DNA from: Octopus bimaculoides
Lineage: Eukaryota
Assembly: GCF_001194135.2 (NCBI RefSeq)
Contig: NC_068983.1
Coordinates: 30,928,401 to 30,977,876 of the forward strand
DNA length: 49,476 nucleotides
Direction: 5' to 3'
Positions within the stretch are counted from its first letter, which is position 1, and each line of letters opens with the position of its first letter. The notes under the pieces are model-generated. The model searched no databases. It was not told the origin of the DNA and worked only from the letters and a program-made list of their open reading frames with translations. The translations under genes were made by a program, and so were the position numbers. Below are positions 20,671-33,688 of this stretch, piece after piece.

Positions 20671-21129
20671 TGCAGTTGTTTTATGGAGGTGGCTTATAAA
20701 ATTGGTGTTATTATGCAGAGATACTCAAAACATTTATTAACACCCAAGCTTTTAAATGCTCGTGTTTTAATATAAATTTATATTAAATGATGAATGTACA
20801 ACATACACAAAAAGTAGACGATTTCTCTGTCACTATGACTCGTAATATTTCACGACTGGGAGGTTTGAAATATATTGATTAAAATTTGTAATGTATCATA
20901 GTAAAATATTAATTACGAGATGGTATTTTTCCTAAGAGTGACAAACTTTAATATTCCAAACACTTTACTATCAAGCCAACCAGGTTTCTGCCAAAATGTT
21001 TCTTTGCTTTTTTTCTATTTCCATTTCGAGAAGCAAATTCTACAGAAATTACTATCAGGTTTATTTTGACTGTTTTGTTGTTTTTTTTTTCTTTTTTTTT
21101 TTTGTGACAAGAAAAATATAAAACAGAAA

Positions 21130-22400
21130 ATTTAATGTCTCTTATGTCCTGTCTTTAATAGTTTTCGTGGAGGAAAAGCTTTCGTCCAGTCTTCGTTGAT
21201 GCAGCATGAATTACCAGTAAACGTTGGGAAATTTTACAAAACTTTGGTATTATGTGACTGCCAATTTAATTAATTACTCAATGCCATATTAATAGTTCAT
21301 ACGGTTTACAATGTCAGCTAAACAAGGAATAGAGGCTTTTTTCACAGAAGCCCCAAATTCCAAAACTTGAATTATAATTTGAATTTATACCCATGTTATC
21401 GGTGCGTCTTTGCTTAATAAGCTTCATTTCCGGTGAGGTGTTCACTGTTGGTTGCCTTTAGAATCAATGTGACTAGCCTTGAATGTAACTTACACCTTGC
21501 CTGATCAAAGCATTTATCAATAGAAGAAATTATTGTATCAAATAGACTGAATACTTATCAAATATTCATCGAATGAAATCAGCGCGTACTGTCTATATAG
21601 TTGCATTCTAAGTTAAGATACCACTAGGTATCTATTTAATTTCAGACTCCTCTATGCTGTATTTCAACTCATCAAATAATTTATTCCTTCTTGGTACTTG
21701 ACTGAAGCAACAATTTCCTTATTGTTGCTTTACAATCTTCTTATTGAAAGAATGTACTTGATAACGTGTTCCAATAGTTTAGCCACTCCGGATATTTTTT
21801 CCCCAAGCATATTGCTAACCTCGTCAAATCTTACCTCTCTACATTTGTGTGAATGTAGCTACCGTCTTGTGAGCACATCTATAATCTTCGATCTTGTACC
21901 TGCAAGTAACAGAAACCAGAAATTTTTCACTGGCTACCAAGAGTTTTTTGTTGTGCTTTTTGCTGGATGCATCGGTAAATTCATTAGTAATAACTGAAAA
22001 AATATTTTGTGCCAATATTACCAAGTAAATATCTCACAACAAAATCCGCCATTTTATATATCGTGTCTGAGATATTTCTCTTTCGTATTATTATTACCAG
22101 CTTTGTTGAACCGCCCCACTAAATCAGAATCACCTTTCCTCTCACTGGTACAAGATTTAGATTATTCACTTTAGATGATTCTCCAACATTTCCTTGCATG
22201 TCTATTTCTTATTGGCAAAGGCACTACAAACACTCAATAATTTTTGCTTTGCATTTACGCTTTATTTGTATGTCTTTTTGCTGTTTCATTCAACCATTCT
22301 GCAATGTTATTATATTTAGGAATTGGCATTTCCATTTTAGTAGCAGCGTGATAGCGTTCAGAAAACCGATGACTCCCAAGGTGCCGGCGAGCTTTTTACC
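21130..22400 (-). pseudogene. hAT transposase fossil (Tip100/THAP12/ZMYM1-like type)
   Basis: In order on minus: KARRHLGSHRFSERYHAA; KYLRHDI (~22070); FSVITNEFTDAS; FDEVSNMLGEKISGVAKLL (~21790); AASTKTG/SFSSTKTIK dimerisation-domain remnant (~21190). Confidence 0.8.
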
Positions 22401-22779
22401 AACTGCAAAATCGTTGAATTAATACATTTTTTTTTCTTTTAACATGCTGCAATTTTGAACTTTCATCATACATTGCACAAAAAATAAAGTGCACGATCGT
22501 ATGTTTGATTATAATTGATAAAATCAACAGCGGTGAACCAAATTTTTCGAAAAGAAACATTTCTGGTTGCCGGTTGTTTGTTTCGGAAAATTAAAATTTA
22601 TCGGTTGATTTGTTTGTGTGATAGTACAAAAAAAGTCTCTCAGCTCTGAAATAGAAGTGACTGCTGCTACTTCTTCTTTGGCCCTTTTTTTATCATCATC
22701 ATCATTATCATCATCATCATCGTTGAAGCACACTATAAACATACCTTTTGAAATGCTGCGTACGCGGTGTCTTGAAATG

Positions 22780-23150
22780 TACGTAAGTCCCTATATAAGG
22801 TTGCACCTGCATTGTGATGGAGTTGTATTCGCAGGTAGTAGAGCTCATATTGTTGCTGGCAGAGTGAGAATGTGGAGATGCGGCTAAGCGAATCAACCAT
22901 GGACAGAGAACTTCTTTTATTCGTTGGTCCACATTTGCATCTTTGCTACAATTTATCCTTCTCGACAATGTAGGCGGAAATATCTAGATAAAAAGATGCC
23001 CTGTACCTCAGCATCTCGTGTTAGATTTTTCTTTTTTTTTTTTTTTCCACATCTTCTTCTTGTACCATAGCACCTGCCTCTTTCTTATGCTGTAGAGGAC
23101 TATTCGTTTAAATGGCAGAATTGAACGCGAAATTTCCTGTTTTGGAGTGG
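22780..23150 (-). pseudogene. Highly decayed pogo/Tigger-type DDE fragment
   Basis: LLPANTT resembles the FLPANTTS motif also seen in the Tigger at 42850; remainder weak. Confidence 0.35.
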
Positions 23151-23199
23151 GAGTTAGTAGTTTCTTCGGTATAACTTACTAGCTAAGGTGTATCGTGAC

Positions 23200-25100
23200 T
23201 CAACTAAAGTTTAGATTCCATCATGTTCTTTCTTGAAGCTAAGCTCATTTCTGAATGTATGTGTAACCTGGTCGCTTCCCTTAGTGATATATTTGTAGCG
23301 TCACTTCACATACTAGTCACTTTGCACGACTCACAACTGATACGGCTTCTGCATCGCAACTACAATGGAGAACTGTATTATGCATTCCATCGGTTGTCCA
23401 GTGTTATGGTCTGCCCTTACTGTTCTGCAGATCTTTGCCAATGTTCCGTTCCGGTTATGAATTTTCACTCACAACAATTGAGTTTCTGAGCGATTTCAGG
23501 AATTAGTTGGTACTGTAACTACCGAGGCCGTTTGTAGTGATGATGGTGCGTAACTTCTTTTTGTCGAGAATTTTACCGAGTACCACCTTGTCGATTGCTT
23601 GGTTTGTTTCGTCTTCCATAAAGAGAATCTGGGCATGGATTAACCCCACTTCTGACACTCCATTGTAGAAGAACAGGCAATTATTTTGAAAAACACCTCT
23701 CTTTAATACATGATATATGCGGTTTTGAAAACTCGTGCGCACAGATTGGATTGATTTCTAGCCTTCTCTTCGGGAGTGAGAGTAGCTGTAATTTCAGGCC
23801 ACTTGGGATTTCATAGTAGTCATGATGAAGAATGTGGGCCTGCGATAGTGTGTATCTGTCAATGAATTTCTTAAATACTCCTTACAGAAGTGCAGTTTGC
23901 CATATATGGGGGATGGCAGGATTATCTTTCGTTCAGCATTAACACCATTTCCTTGTCAGTGCATCAAACAAAACTTATCGTTGGTCTTCCCGTATTGCAG
24001 CTACAAGGCAACCTGCAGTGCTCGATCTTTTCCTACGAATCGACCGTTGCACCGGTTGCACCGGTTACTGACTTTTCTAAATAATGCTGTACTTGGAACT
24101 GATATGCACAAAAATTTGTTGCAATTATTAGAGCGGTTATTGGTCCACTTCAGTCCAAGCTAACGGCCATGTAGGAAAATCAGGACGTAGTGGTGAGACG
24201 CCCTCTGGAGCCTCTGGTTACATCAAGGTGCCTGCAGTTGTCCTTGACAGGATTACTGCCTTTTCTATAACTATGGACAACTTGTATAATTCTGTAGTGA
24301 ACAGCAGATGGCTTTTGCACGTTGTACCTCATCTATATCAGTGATCCGCAACCGATATGCTGCGGCACACTGGTGAACTACGAGAGGATGCTAAGTGTGC
24401 TGCAGTGGAACCTGAATATAACTTTTTTCGTTATACTTTTAGTTATATTTTAAGTTCAGGTGCCATCGAATTTTGAAAAGAATATAAGTACACCGCAAGT
24501 ATGAAAAGGTCGCGGAGCACTGATCTATATTATCAATAGCAGCAGTCCTTATGGGCACCGTGAAACTTTTAATATAGGTTTTGTTCTCATGTACTGACTT
24601 TTACAAATTTTGAGATATCATAAGAAACTAAACGTTTGCTTAGCGCAGCCTATATACAGCTCACAATCTGTATTATAAAAGTTATCGGCGGCGGCTTTAT
24701 CTCGTATCCGAGTATTAATTTTCTTCTTTGCTGAACGCTTTCTTTATGGTGATACCGTTGATGACTCTGGAGATCAATTCTTGCATTGAAGAGTCAATGG
24801 CATTGAAGAGTCAATGGCATTGACTGCATGGTGGAAGAAGAGGTTGATTTTGTCGAGGCTTTCTCTCCTGTCGTTTGATTTCTTTTCTTTTTCTCTTCTG
24901 GTGGCTTCAAAGTTTTTGTTTCCGATAGTGATGGAAAACCGCCACTTAGTACGGTCTCGCAGGGCAGCAATGATCCTATTTGCTAGGGGATGTAGCTTAA
25001 TTTTTCCAACACAGCAGTAAATTGATTGGAGCACACTCTTTGCAATGTTCGCAAATAGATGAGCAAAATATTCACAGCATTGTGTTAGGTAAAGATGCCA
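23200..25100 (-). pseudogene. Autonomous Helitron Rep-domain fossil
   Basis: On minus: CCVGKIKLHPL (~25000); RYN; EKIEHCRL; IILPSP; RPTFFI / NPKWPEIT...LCARVF (~23800); GLIHAQIL (HUH-like, 23624-23641); DNRW; KYITKGSDQ (tyrosine motif, 23267-23295). Confidence 0.85.
24339..24522. mobile_element. 184-bp hAT (Charlie-like) MITE inserted in the Helitron
   Basis: TIR cagtgatccgcaacc / ggtcgcggagcactg; 8-bp TSD atctatat at 24331-24338 and 24523-24530. Confidence 0.9.
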
Positions 25101-25599
25101 AGACTTCATTCTCATCAGAAATATCACAGTTCTTCATCAGTTCCCTGAGTGTCTAGTTGTTTCAATCAAGGAGAGCTGTTATCGTTGCATTTCACTCTGG
25201 AATGCTTTCATTTTGCCTCTGATCTGTCAGATTTTAAGCCTATGCAGTAAGGCGAGAACGGCTTTGGGAACGTCACACGTATGCCACCAGCATATTGATT
25301 ACGTAGCTTCACAGCTAATAAATAAATGCACACAAAACAATCACTGGCGTGCGTGCGTGTGTGTGTAAATGCAGTTTGTGTGCGTATGCGTCTATGGAAA
25401 TATGCATCGATGCAATCATATATGTAAATATATACAAACATGTATATGTTATTACGTAAATCTACACGTATACTTTATTATGTGAGTGATGTTTGTAAGT
25501 GAATGTGTATGTATGTATGTATGTGTAGTGAAACTACCTATCGCCATTAGATACACAACTACTATCGCCATTACATACAATCTTCTCATTTAAATATAA

Positions 25600-25830
25600 A
25601 CAAGCGCGGGCGTAGCGGAGAACCCATCTCCTTGTCATCACGTGACTGATTAATATTCGAAGCGGCAACTTCTTCGAACCGTTCCCGCTAGAACGCAAAC
25701 TGACCAATCACAGCCCTTAATAAGGTCACGTGATAGTGTTTTTCTACTACGGTCTTGGAGCCCCCTGAACGCTATAAATAGATCAACTCATACCCAGCAA
25801 ATTTGTCTCGGTTCAGTTTCTCTTTGAGAT
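25600..25830 (+). promoter_or_regulatory. Candidate Pol II promoter
   Basis: CpG-richer patch with (A/G)TCACGTGA at 25639-25644 and 25727-25732, CCAAT at 25704-25708 and TATAAA at 25773-25778; TCAGTT at 25813 is about 10 nt further than canonical Inr spacing. Confidence 0.5.
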
Positions 25831-26538
25831 CTGTTCCGTGTACCACACGACAGCAGCAGCAGCAGCCAGCGACACATCNNNNNNNNNNNNNNNNNNNNNN
25901 NNNNNNNNNNNNNNNNNNNNNNNNNNNNNNNNNNNNNNNNNNNNNNNNNNNNNNNNNNNNNNNNNNNNNNNNNNNNNNNNNNNNNNNNNNNNNNNNNNNN
26001 NNNNNNNNNNNNNNNNNNNNNNNNNNNNNNNNNNNNNNNNNNNNNNNNNNNNNNNNNNNNNNNNNNNNNNNNNNNNNNNNNNNNNNNNNNNNNNNNNNNN
26101 NNNNNNNNNNNNNATAAATAAACAGACAAGAGAATTTCAGCCAGCGACGAACATCTGTATAACGAAGAATCTGCCCTGGCATCGAAGCCAAAACACAACT
26201 AGTGATAAGCTCTGCCAAACATACGCCTCACTTCTTTCACATACAGACTCATACTAATGTGTACTCTAAGAACTGGTATAAATGCTCACGGTTACTGACT
26301 CTCTTTCTATCTGCTGTAAAATCTCACATACACATACATGTATCACTCACATACACACTTTTCTTTGTACGACGGCCTGTCTTTGATTATGTTTTTATAT
26401 GTCGCATTCACACTCTCACATACACATACATCTTTAACGCTACAATAAATATTTCTGTTATTCATCTTATACGGTTGTCATTGATTACAATCAACTTTTT
26501 AATGTATCTGCCTATTTCTTTTCTCTTTGTATCTCACT

Positions 26539-26705
26539 AAGGCGACGAGCTGGCAGAAGCGTTAGCACCCCGGGCGAAATGTTTAGCAGTATTTCGTCTG
26601 TCTTTATATTCTGAGTTCAAATTCCGCCGGGGTCGATAAATTAAGTACCTGTTGCGTACTAGGTTCGATCTAATCGGCTGGCCCTCTCCCCAAAGTCTGA
26701 AACCA
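26539..26705 (+). mobile_element. Family M SINE with internal deletion
   Basis: Head and tail intact; core collapsed between two ggtcga repeats. Confidence 0.85.
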
Positions 26706-27049
26706 ATATGTCTTCCACGCTGCAATTAGTATTCAGTTAATTACACACACATACATATATTTATTGATACAGATATTTATTCACACATACATATACGTAT
26801 ATACGCGTGCGCGTGCACGTACACACACACAAGCGAATGGTTCAGAGACGCACGTTGTATCAGGCCAAGTACTCAAAGCAAGAAGTCTGAGAGCCATGGT
26901 ATTTAATCAATAACTATATGAGTCCCACCTAAATATAAGTTGTTTCGCCCGAGTGTTCGTCAGGAACTGAATGAAATGGTGTAGTTCACTTAGTTAAATA
27001 GGGAACTAGGTATAAGTCCGAAAGGATCATATTCTTTCTCGTAACGTTA

Positions 27050-27520
27050 CTATTACTCATGTCTTGTCTTAACTCTGTCGTATAGCCTAATGGCTTTTTA
27101 GGTATGTAAATATCTGTATCGTCAATTTTGTGTTTACGTCACTTTCCTTGCTATTTCGTTTCATATATTTTCTCGTTTCCCTCGTAACCCGTCCTTTTTA
27201 CTGTTCAGTCTTCAGACCTTGTCCTTTAATTATTCTTTTCTTTTTGTTTTAGTTTTTTGGTACGTATCTTACTTTGTCTTTCATGTTCACCCGTTCATAC
27301 TCGACCAGCTTTTGCCTTTGACACCGCCAGAATAAACAACCGTCCACAAAGAAGCAATGTGTTAGGCTAGTATTACTATCTTCCCGAGGGCCAATTGCGT
27401 ATCCTTCTGATTTACTTAACAAAAAAGTCAGGAATTTTACTGAAAGAATAAACAGCATCACAGAGAGAATGTTATCTCGAAAGTACCTCTGTGACACTGT
27501 ATCCTTTCAGAAACAAGGGA
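27050..27520 (-). pseudogene. RT fragment of an RLE-type (R4/Dong-like) LINE
   Basis: DNILSVMLFILSVKFLTFLLSKSEGYAIG...SLTHCFFVDGCL matches the pattern GDSLS.LF.L..PL.FLL...GY...THL.FVDD. Confidence 0.75.
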
Positions 27521-27691
27521 CTCCAGTATGCACGAGTAAAGAATAGAATGGAATGCTTTCCTGTAATTCAGCCAGACTATGACAAAGTTTCTCATATTTC
27601 ACCGGACCTCTCCATCCCAGTTTTGGCAATCGTCAGTTGCTCAGCACACCCACAAACTCCTTTCTAGCTGCTTTTTCAACTGTGATGATAT

Positions 27692-27815
27692 ACGTATGTA
27701 TGTATGTATGTATGTATGTATGTATGCATGTATGTATGTATGTATTTATGTATGTAAGTATGTATTATGTATGTATGCATGTGTGCATGCATGCAGGCGT
27801 GTATCTTTGTATGTA
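27692..27815. repeat. (TATG)n degenerate microsatellite
   Basis: Direct reading. Confidence 0.9.
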
Positions 27816-28011
27816 TGCATGTTTTTCTGTGAGTTTTATTTATTTCTTAAGAAAGTTTAAGCCAATCGCTAACAAAGTGACACGACATTTTGAGTTAAAA
27901 AACAAACAAATACATGTACAATATATGAGCTGCATGTATGCATTCATACTTAAATGTATCAGATAACACACTAATCAGCTTCATATGCTTATATCTGTAT
28001 TGACCTTTCAG

Positions 28012-28043
28012 CTAAAAGATCAACAAGATGTCTCCGGTAGAAG
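28012..28043 (+). other. Candidate 32-nt exon containing an ATG (MSPVE.)
   Basis: Acceptor tgacctttcag, branch-like ctaat at 27971, ACAAG-ATG at 28028, strong donor AAG|gtaagt. Confidence 0.5.
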
Positions 28044-28204
28044 GTAAGTTTTTTTTCCAGTATCCAACTATCAAATCTTTTTTGATACTTTTCTATCCTA
28101 AAATCTTTTGAATTACAATTTCCAGGGTGTCATAAATGATGCTAAATGCATTTGGTTTAATAGTCAAGTGTTTCTTTTCTTTTTTTCTTTTCCTTTTCTT
28201 TTAG

Positions 28205-28325
28205 AAGAAATCGACTTTGTTTAGATCTGGTGTGTGATTGGTTCTGCCAGTTTTAAATGTATAGACACACTGTACATCAAGATGGTGCCCCTGCAATTCC
28301 ATCACTAGTTAAGGGCCCAAAGAAG
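28205..28325 (+). other. Candidate exon
   Basis: About 30-nt pyrimidine tract ending ttag|AAG (NAGNAG); donor AAG|gtagca; ATG at 28257 opens MYRHTVHQDGAPAIPSLVKGPKK in phase 0. Confidence 0.4.
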
Positions 28326-28504
28326 GTAGCATATGTATCAATACATATATATGTACGTATTTCTATGTATGCATGTTTGTATTTATGATTCTATATATGG
28401 AAGTAAGTGTGTAGCTCATATATTGTACATATATTTGTTTGCATTTTTAAATATATCATACAAGAAATATTGAGTCTCTAATGACGAAGTAATGCCCTCT
28501 CAAA

Positions 28505-28645
28505 TACATACATACATACATGCATACATACAGACATACATGCATACATACATACACGCATGATTGCATACATACATATATACATACATACATACATACA
28601 TACATACATACATACATACATACATACATACACGTACAAGCATAC
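28505..28645. repeat. (CATA)n
   Basis: Direct reading. Confidence 0.9.
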
Positions 28646-28865
28646 ATGAATATGTTGGCTGTGTTAAAATAAACTTCAGAATGACAGTAACGTGAATAAC
28701 AATGGTAGTCTATCTTGGACTAAAAACTATTTTACCCTCACTTTGGCTGATATACATTTGCATCAACAAAATGCATGATATACGAAAGGGATAGGGAGAC
28801 AAATAAAACGCCTACTCTTTTATATTGTTTGGAAATCAGACGCTATAAAAACGACTAAACATAGT

Positions 28866-29400
28866 CACGTGTTGGCTCGTCATTCCGCCTGTGAACCTTG
28901 CGACATGTCCGACCCAGCGAAACTTAATACTTACAGTATTCAACGATCACGTCATTCAATCCGCTCCGTTCTCGAATTACTTTATTTCTCAAATTACCTT
29001 ATTTCTCGAATTACCTTATTTCTTGAATTATTTTATTTCTCAACTTACCGTATTTCTCGAATTACCTTCTTTCGGATAAGATCTCGAATTGATATTCCTA
29101 ATTTGGATCTTTCCATGGCTGTTTGTGTCAGAACCAATTGCTGTTTTTCCCTCTTCCTGACAGCCTACGTCTCACTTGCTCTGGTAGTAAGGCGCTATTG
29201 GAGAGTCTAGCACGTAGGGTCTTGTCCAGCATTGCTTAGAACACATCTTTTACTGAAGTAAATGCCTTCCATCCCGCCACTATTCTCCTTGAGATTTCAG
29301 CGTCCATGTCTCAGTGCATATTCATTGTGTGCCCCAAGCAGACGGACTCCTTTACCTCCTCGATTTCATTGTTTCTTACCTTTATTCGGCCTTTTGCTAC
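28866..29400 (-). mobile_element. RTE-clade LINE fragment (post-RT region)
   Basis: EIEEVKE..LGHTMNM..DMDAEISRRIVAGWKAFTSVKD..LDKTLRA; TQTAMERS; IRERSGLNDVIVEY..FRWVGHVARF. Confidence 0.85.
28968..29090. repeat. 17-bp minisatellite (ttatttctcgaattacc) inside the RTE fragment
   Basis: About 6 imperfect copies. Confidence 0.85.
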
Positions 29401-29874
29401 GTTTTCGGACTGCGTATATTTTGTCTACATGCGGTTAATTTTAAATATATACGCATTTACATTGTTAAATATAAGCTACCATAAGATGGTGAATCGAAAA
29501 CAATACTTAATCAAGAGATATAACTGTAATGGGAAGTCCCTAGTGTTAACAAAAATTACTCTTCAATGGTACCAGAAAAAGAACTCTAAAAATGTCAATC
29601 GACTAAAAATTTAATGGAGACAGGCTGTGAGAAAAATGAGTTTGATATTCGGTAGCTATGGTGATAACGCTGTACATGTTTCAGTCGTATTAAACCTTCC
29701 CAACAAAGTATAGATTGCTCAAAGTATCCAAGAACTGAGAACAATTAATCGATTAATCGATAGAGATTTTTATGTACAAATAATTCAGTGATTATGCAAA
29801 TTGAATAATGACTAATACACACATACCTATTTATATATGAGTGTATGTGTATGTGCATATGCATGCATGTGAAT

Positions 29875-29948
29875 GAGATAGAGAAAGGAAGAAAGAAAGA
29901 AAGAAGGAAGGAGGGAGGGAGGGAAGGAAGGAAAGAAAAGTAAAGAAT

Positions 29949-29986
<38 letters not shown>

Positions 29987-30080
29987 AATAGATAGAGAGA
30001 AAAGAAAATGAGAATAAGAATCGCATAAACTCAACCGAATACATCACAAATCGTATACACACATACACACACACGTACAC

Positions 30081-30111
<31 letters not shown>

Positions 30112-30377
30112 CGCACGCATACTTGTATGTATGCATATATGTATCTGCACAGGCGCTCATATATGCGTGTGATGGAAGGGGGGGGGAATAAGTATGTGGC
30201 GTTGTGGGCTGTATTCGCGCGCGCGTTCGTTCGCATAGTAAAGTGCTTTCAAGCGTCACACAGTGGAAACTTTCGTAGAACTGTGGTGGAAAATTACCGA
30301 AATTATTTGATTTTACGCACTTTCTACATCGTGTCTATTTTTCATTCTCTTCTACCGCTCGTTCTCCCATCTCATTA

Positions 30378-30435
<58 letters not shown>

Positions 30436-30810
30436 CCTTTCTATTTCTGTCTATCTTTATCACACTCTTCTCTACTCTGTGTATCATTGTTATTCATCAC
30501 TCTCCGCTTCCGCCTTTTACACTCCATGTCATTCTCAAATATGATCTCCCGCTATATCTTATCAACCCACCCCCTATCTCTTCACCGTTCAACCATTTCT
30601 ATTTATCATCTCCTACTATCATCCGCGCTCCTTCCTTTTATTATTTACCATTCCACTTTCTCTCATTCACTCTCATTCTCCTCGATTCCCCCCTTAATCC
30701 TACTCTCTCTCTCTATATATATATTTTCCCCCTTTTAGGTATATCTCCTACATCATCCACTCCACCGCTTCACAAATCTCCCCACTCCCATCCTCACACA
30801 TACATTCTTT
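29875..30810. repeat. GA-, CA- and CT-rich low-complexity tracts
   Basis: Direct reading; short unique island at 30170-30330. Confidence 0.8.
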
Positions 30811-31444
30811 TACCAAACAATAACCAAAGGCGATAAATCCTTGCCGTGCCTTCTAATTCAGTGACTTAAAAGATATGATTAACACCATTTAAAGTCGTCA
30901 AACCCACCCTAATTGTGGATGTTTTGGCGAAATCAATGCTTTGACTAATTCTATATTTAAAATACATCGATCGTTTTATATAATATTGCTTTAAACGTCG
31001 ACCATTTATAGTTAGTGAATTTTTAAGTGGTGCCTCTTGGGAACCCCCCATAGCTAAGGGTAAAAACCATTGTAAAAAAAAAAAAGATTGATTTCTATTT
31101 ATTTTTGTTGTTGATCTAAAGCTTGAAATGTTGTAGGTCACACTGTAGAAAAGAAGTTGCGCTAAAACCTCTTCGGTATATAAAAAGAAAATAAATAGAA
31201 CCAAAAATAAAATATGAAGGAAAAGAAGAAAAAATGGCTAACAATTTCGAGAACAGATATCCCATTAATTTAATAGCTGATATCTTATTTTTCTTTCTCT
31301 TTCTCTCCTTTTCGCTCTTCGTTTTCTTGTTATTTATTTTATTTATTCATTTATTTTTTTACTATCGAATGAAATGACATTTTACTTCTGAATATCATCT
31401 TAATCGTTGTCAAGATGTAGTTTAGCTGTGGGTTACAAACGGTG

Positions 31445-32055
31445 TTCTGTTCTCTTCTAACTCTACACTATTCTACTCCACTCTACTCTAAACTAAACTG
31501 TACTGAACTATTCTATTCCACCCTTCACTGTTCTACACAACTCTGCCTTCCTACATCACACTGCTCTACACTACTCTACTTCTGCACTGCTCTATTCTAC
31601 ATACATTACACCATATTACTCCTCAACTACACGACTCTATTCTACATAACACTACTCTACACAACTCTACACAACTCTACACTACGTTACACAACTCTAT
31701 TCTGCTCTATTCTCGACAACTCTACATTACACAACACTATTCTATGCAATATTCTACACAGCTATATACTGCTTAATACTGTACTACACACTATTCTATA
31801 TAGCTCTACACTTCACAATACTATACTACACACTATTCTACATAACCTTACACTACGCAACACTATACTACGCACTATTCTACGCAACACTACACTACAC
31901 AACATTACACCACACACTATCCTACACAACTCTTCTCTATACAACACTATACTACTCACTATTTTACACACTATTCTGAACAGCTCTACTCTATAGAACA
32001 CTACGCTACACTACACGCTATTCTACACAACTCTAAACTATGCAACACTATTCCA
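31445..32055. repeat. Degenerate tandem repeat built on ctaca / tacacaacactattc motifs
   Basis: Direct reading; explains ORF 31442-31996. Confidence 0.85.
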
Positions 32056-32317
32056 CACAGCGGATAAAATTGATGGGATTTTTCTGACCTGCACTTCATC
32101 AACTATGTTATGTCTCAAACCCAGTTATATTACCCGTATTTTTCCTTATATAGACACAAAAGGATCTACTCGCCATCACATTCATCAGAACCCATTCCTG
32201 TACTCTCATCCTCACTCTCATCCTTCTCTAAACTTCTGCATGCTGACGTCAGCAGCACGCAACCAAAACATTTCACATCAAACTTGTGCTAATTCCATGA
32301 ACAAAAAACTTTATATA

Positions 32318-33603
32318 TCAAGTCATCCCATAAGTTCTGTCCGATTTTACCTTTTTTAAAATTGAATGAAATTTAATAGTATTTTAGAATGTCTAATGGA
32401 ATTAAAAATTATTTTTATGCATTTGTGTACATTTAAACTAATTAAATATTATTTTACAGAATAATAGAATTAAAATTTCTTTGATTAAAACCCGTTCTAA
32501 CATGGAAGTATCCAAAGAGCATTTGTGGTACATAATGCAGTATGAGTACAAAAAAAGAATCTCTGCAGCAGAAGCGACTCGAAACATACACTCAGTTTAT
32601 GGGAAAGAATGCTTGAATGAAAGAACTTTCAGAAGATGGCTTGCAAAATTCAGAAGTGGAGATTTCAGCGTTGAAGATGAAGATCGAACAGGACGTCCAG
32701 TTGAGTTTGATGATAAGCTCCTTGAGACATTACTTGAAGAAAATCCTGCATCATCAGTTGAAGAATTGACAATAAAACTTAGTTCAAACCATATAACTAT
32801 TCATCGTCATCTTCAACAACTTGGAAAGGTTCCTAAACTTGGAAAATGGATGCTTCATGAATTGTCCGAAAGCAACCGCAAATCCCGAGTTGACATCTGC
32901 TCTTCTCTCCATTCTCGTGAACTCATTTCACCCTTTTTAGATAGACTTGACTGGTGACAAAAAATAGATCTTCTATTGAAATGTCAAACGTCGTAAACAG
33001 TGGCATGGTAAAAGGGAAAAAGCTCAACCACAACCGGGAAGGGAATTTCATGAGAAAAAGGTTCTCCTCTCTATCTAGTGGAATTGCAAAGGAGTAATTC
33101 ACTTTGAATTGTTACCACCTAATGCAACAATCAATGCTCAAGTCTACTGTCAGCAATTAGAGCGTTTGAACCAAACTTTGAAGAAAAAAAGACCCGCTTT
33201 AGTGAATCGAAAAGGAGTAATGTTTCATCAGGAAAATGCGTGACCCCACACTGTAAAGATCACATCACAGAAGATCAAAGAGCTTGGTTGGGAAAAAATT
33301 CCTCATCCACGTTATTCTCCCGACCTTGCTCCTCCAGACTACCATTTGATTCGTAGTTTACAGAATCATTTGGGGGACATAACTTTCGCAAGCCAGGAAG
33401 AGGTCAAAACTGACATATCAGAGTTCTTCGCTTTGAAACCAAAAGAGTTTTACATTGATGGGATTAAAAAGCTTGTAAATAGATGGAAGGAAGTCATAGA
33501 TAATCAGGTAAAGTACATTGATGATTAAATTTCAATTAAATATAACATTTGATCACTCGTTTTCTTTATTCAAAATTCGGACAGCACTTTTGGGATGACC
33601 TGA
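32318..33603 (+). mobile_element. Full-length (1286 bp) mariner, cecropia/Hsmar1-like
   Basis: TA|tcaagtcatcccataagttctgtccga ... tcggacagcacttttgggatgacctga|TA. Confidence 0.95.
32502..33528 (+). pseudogene. Mariner DD34D transposase pseudogene
   Basis: MEVSKEHL...EDEDRTGRP...KLGKWMLHEL; frameshift near 32945; VTGDKK*; HQENA*PH...HPRYSPDLAPPDYHL (34 spacing); several stops. Confidence 0.95.
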
Positions 33604-33688
33604 TACATACTACACACGCACACTCACACATACAGATATCCATACATACGTATATGTGTGCATATAGACGTATGCATATGTATATATA

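Noticed and set aside
30127-31996. 203-aa and 184-aa ORFs
   Set aside because: Produced by CT-rich and ctaca-type tandem repeats that lack stop codons.
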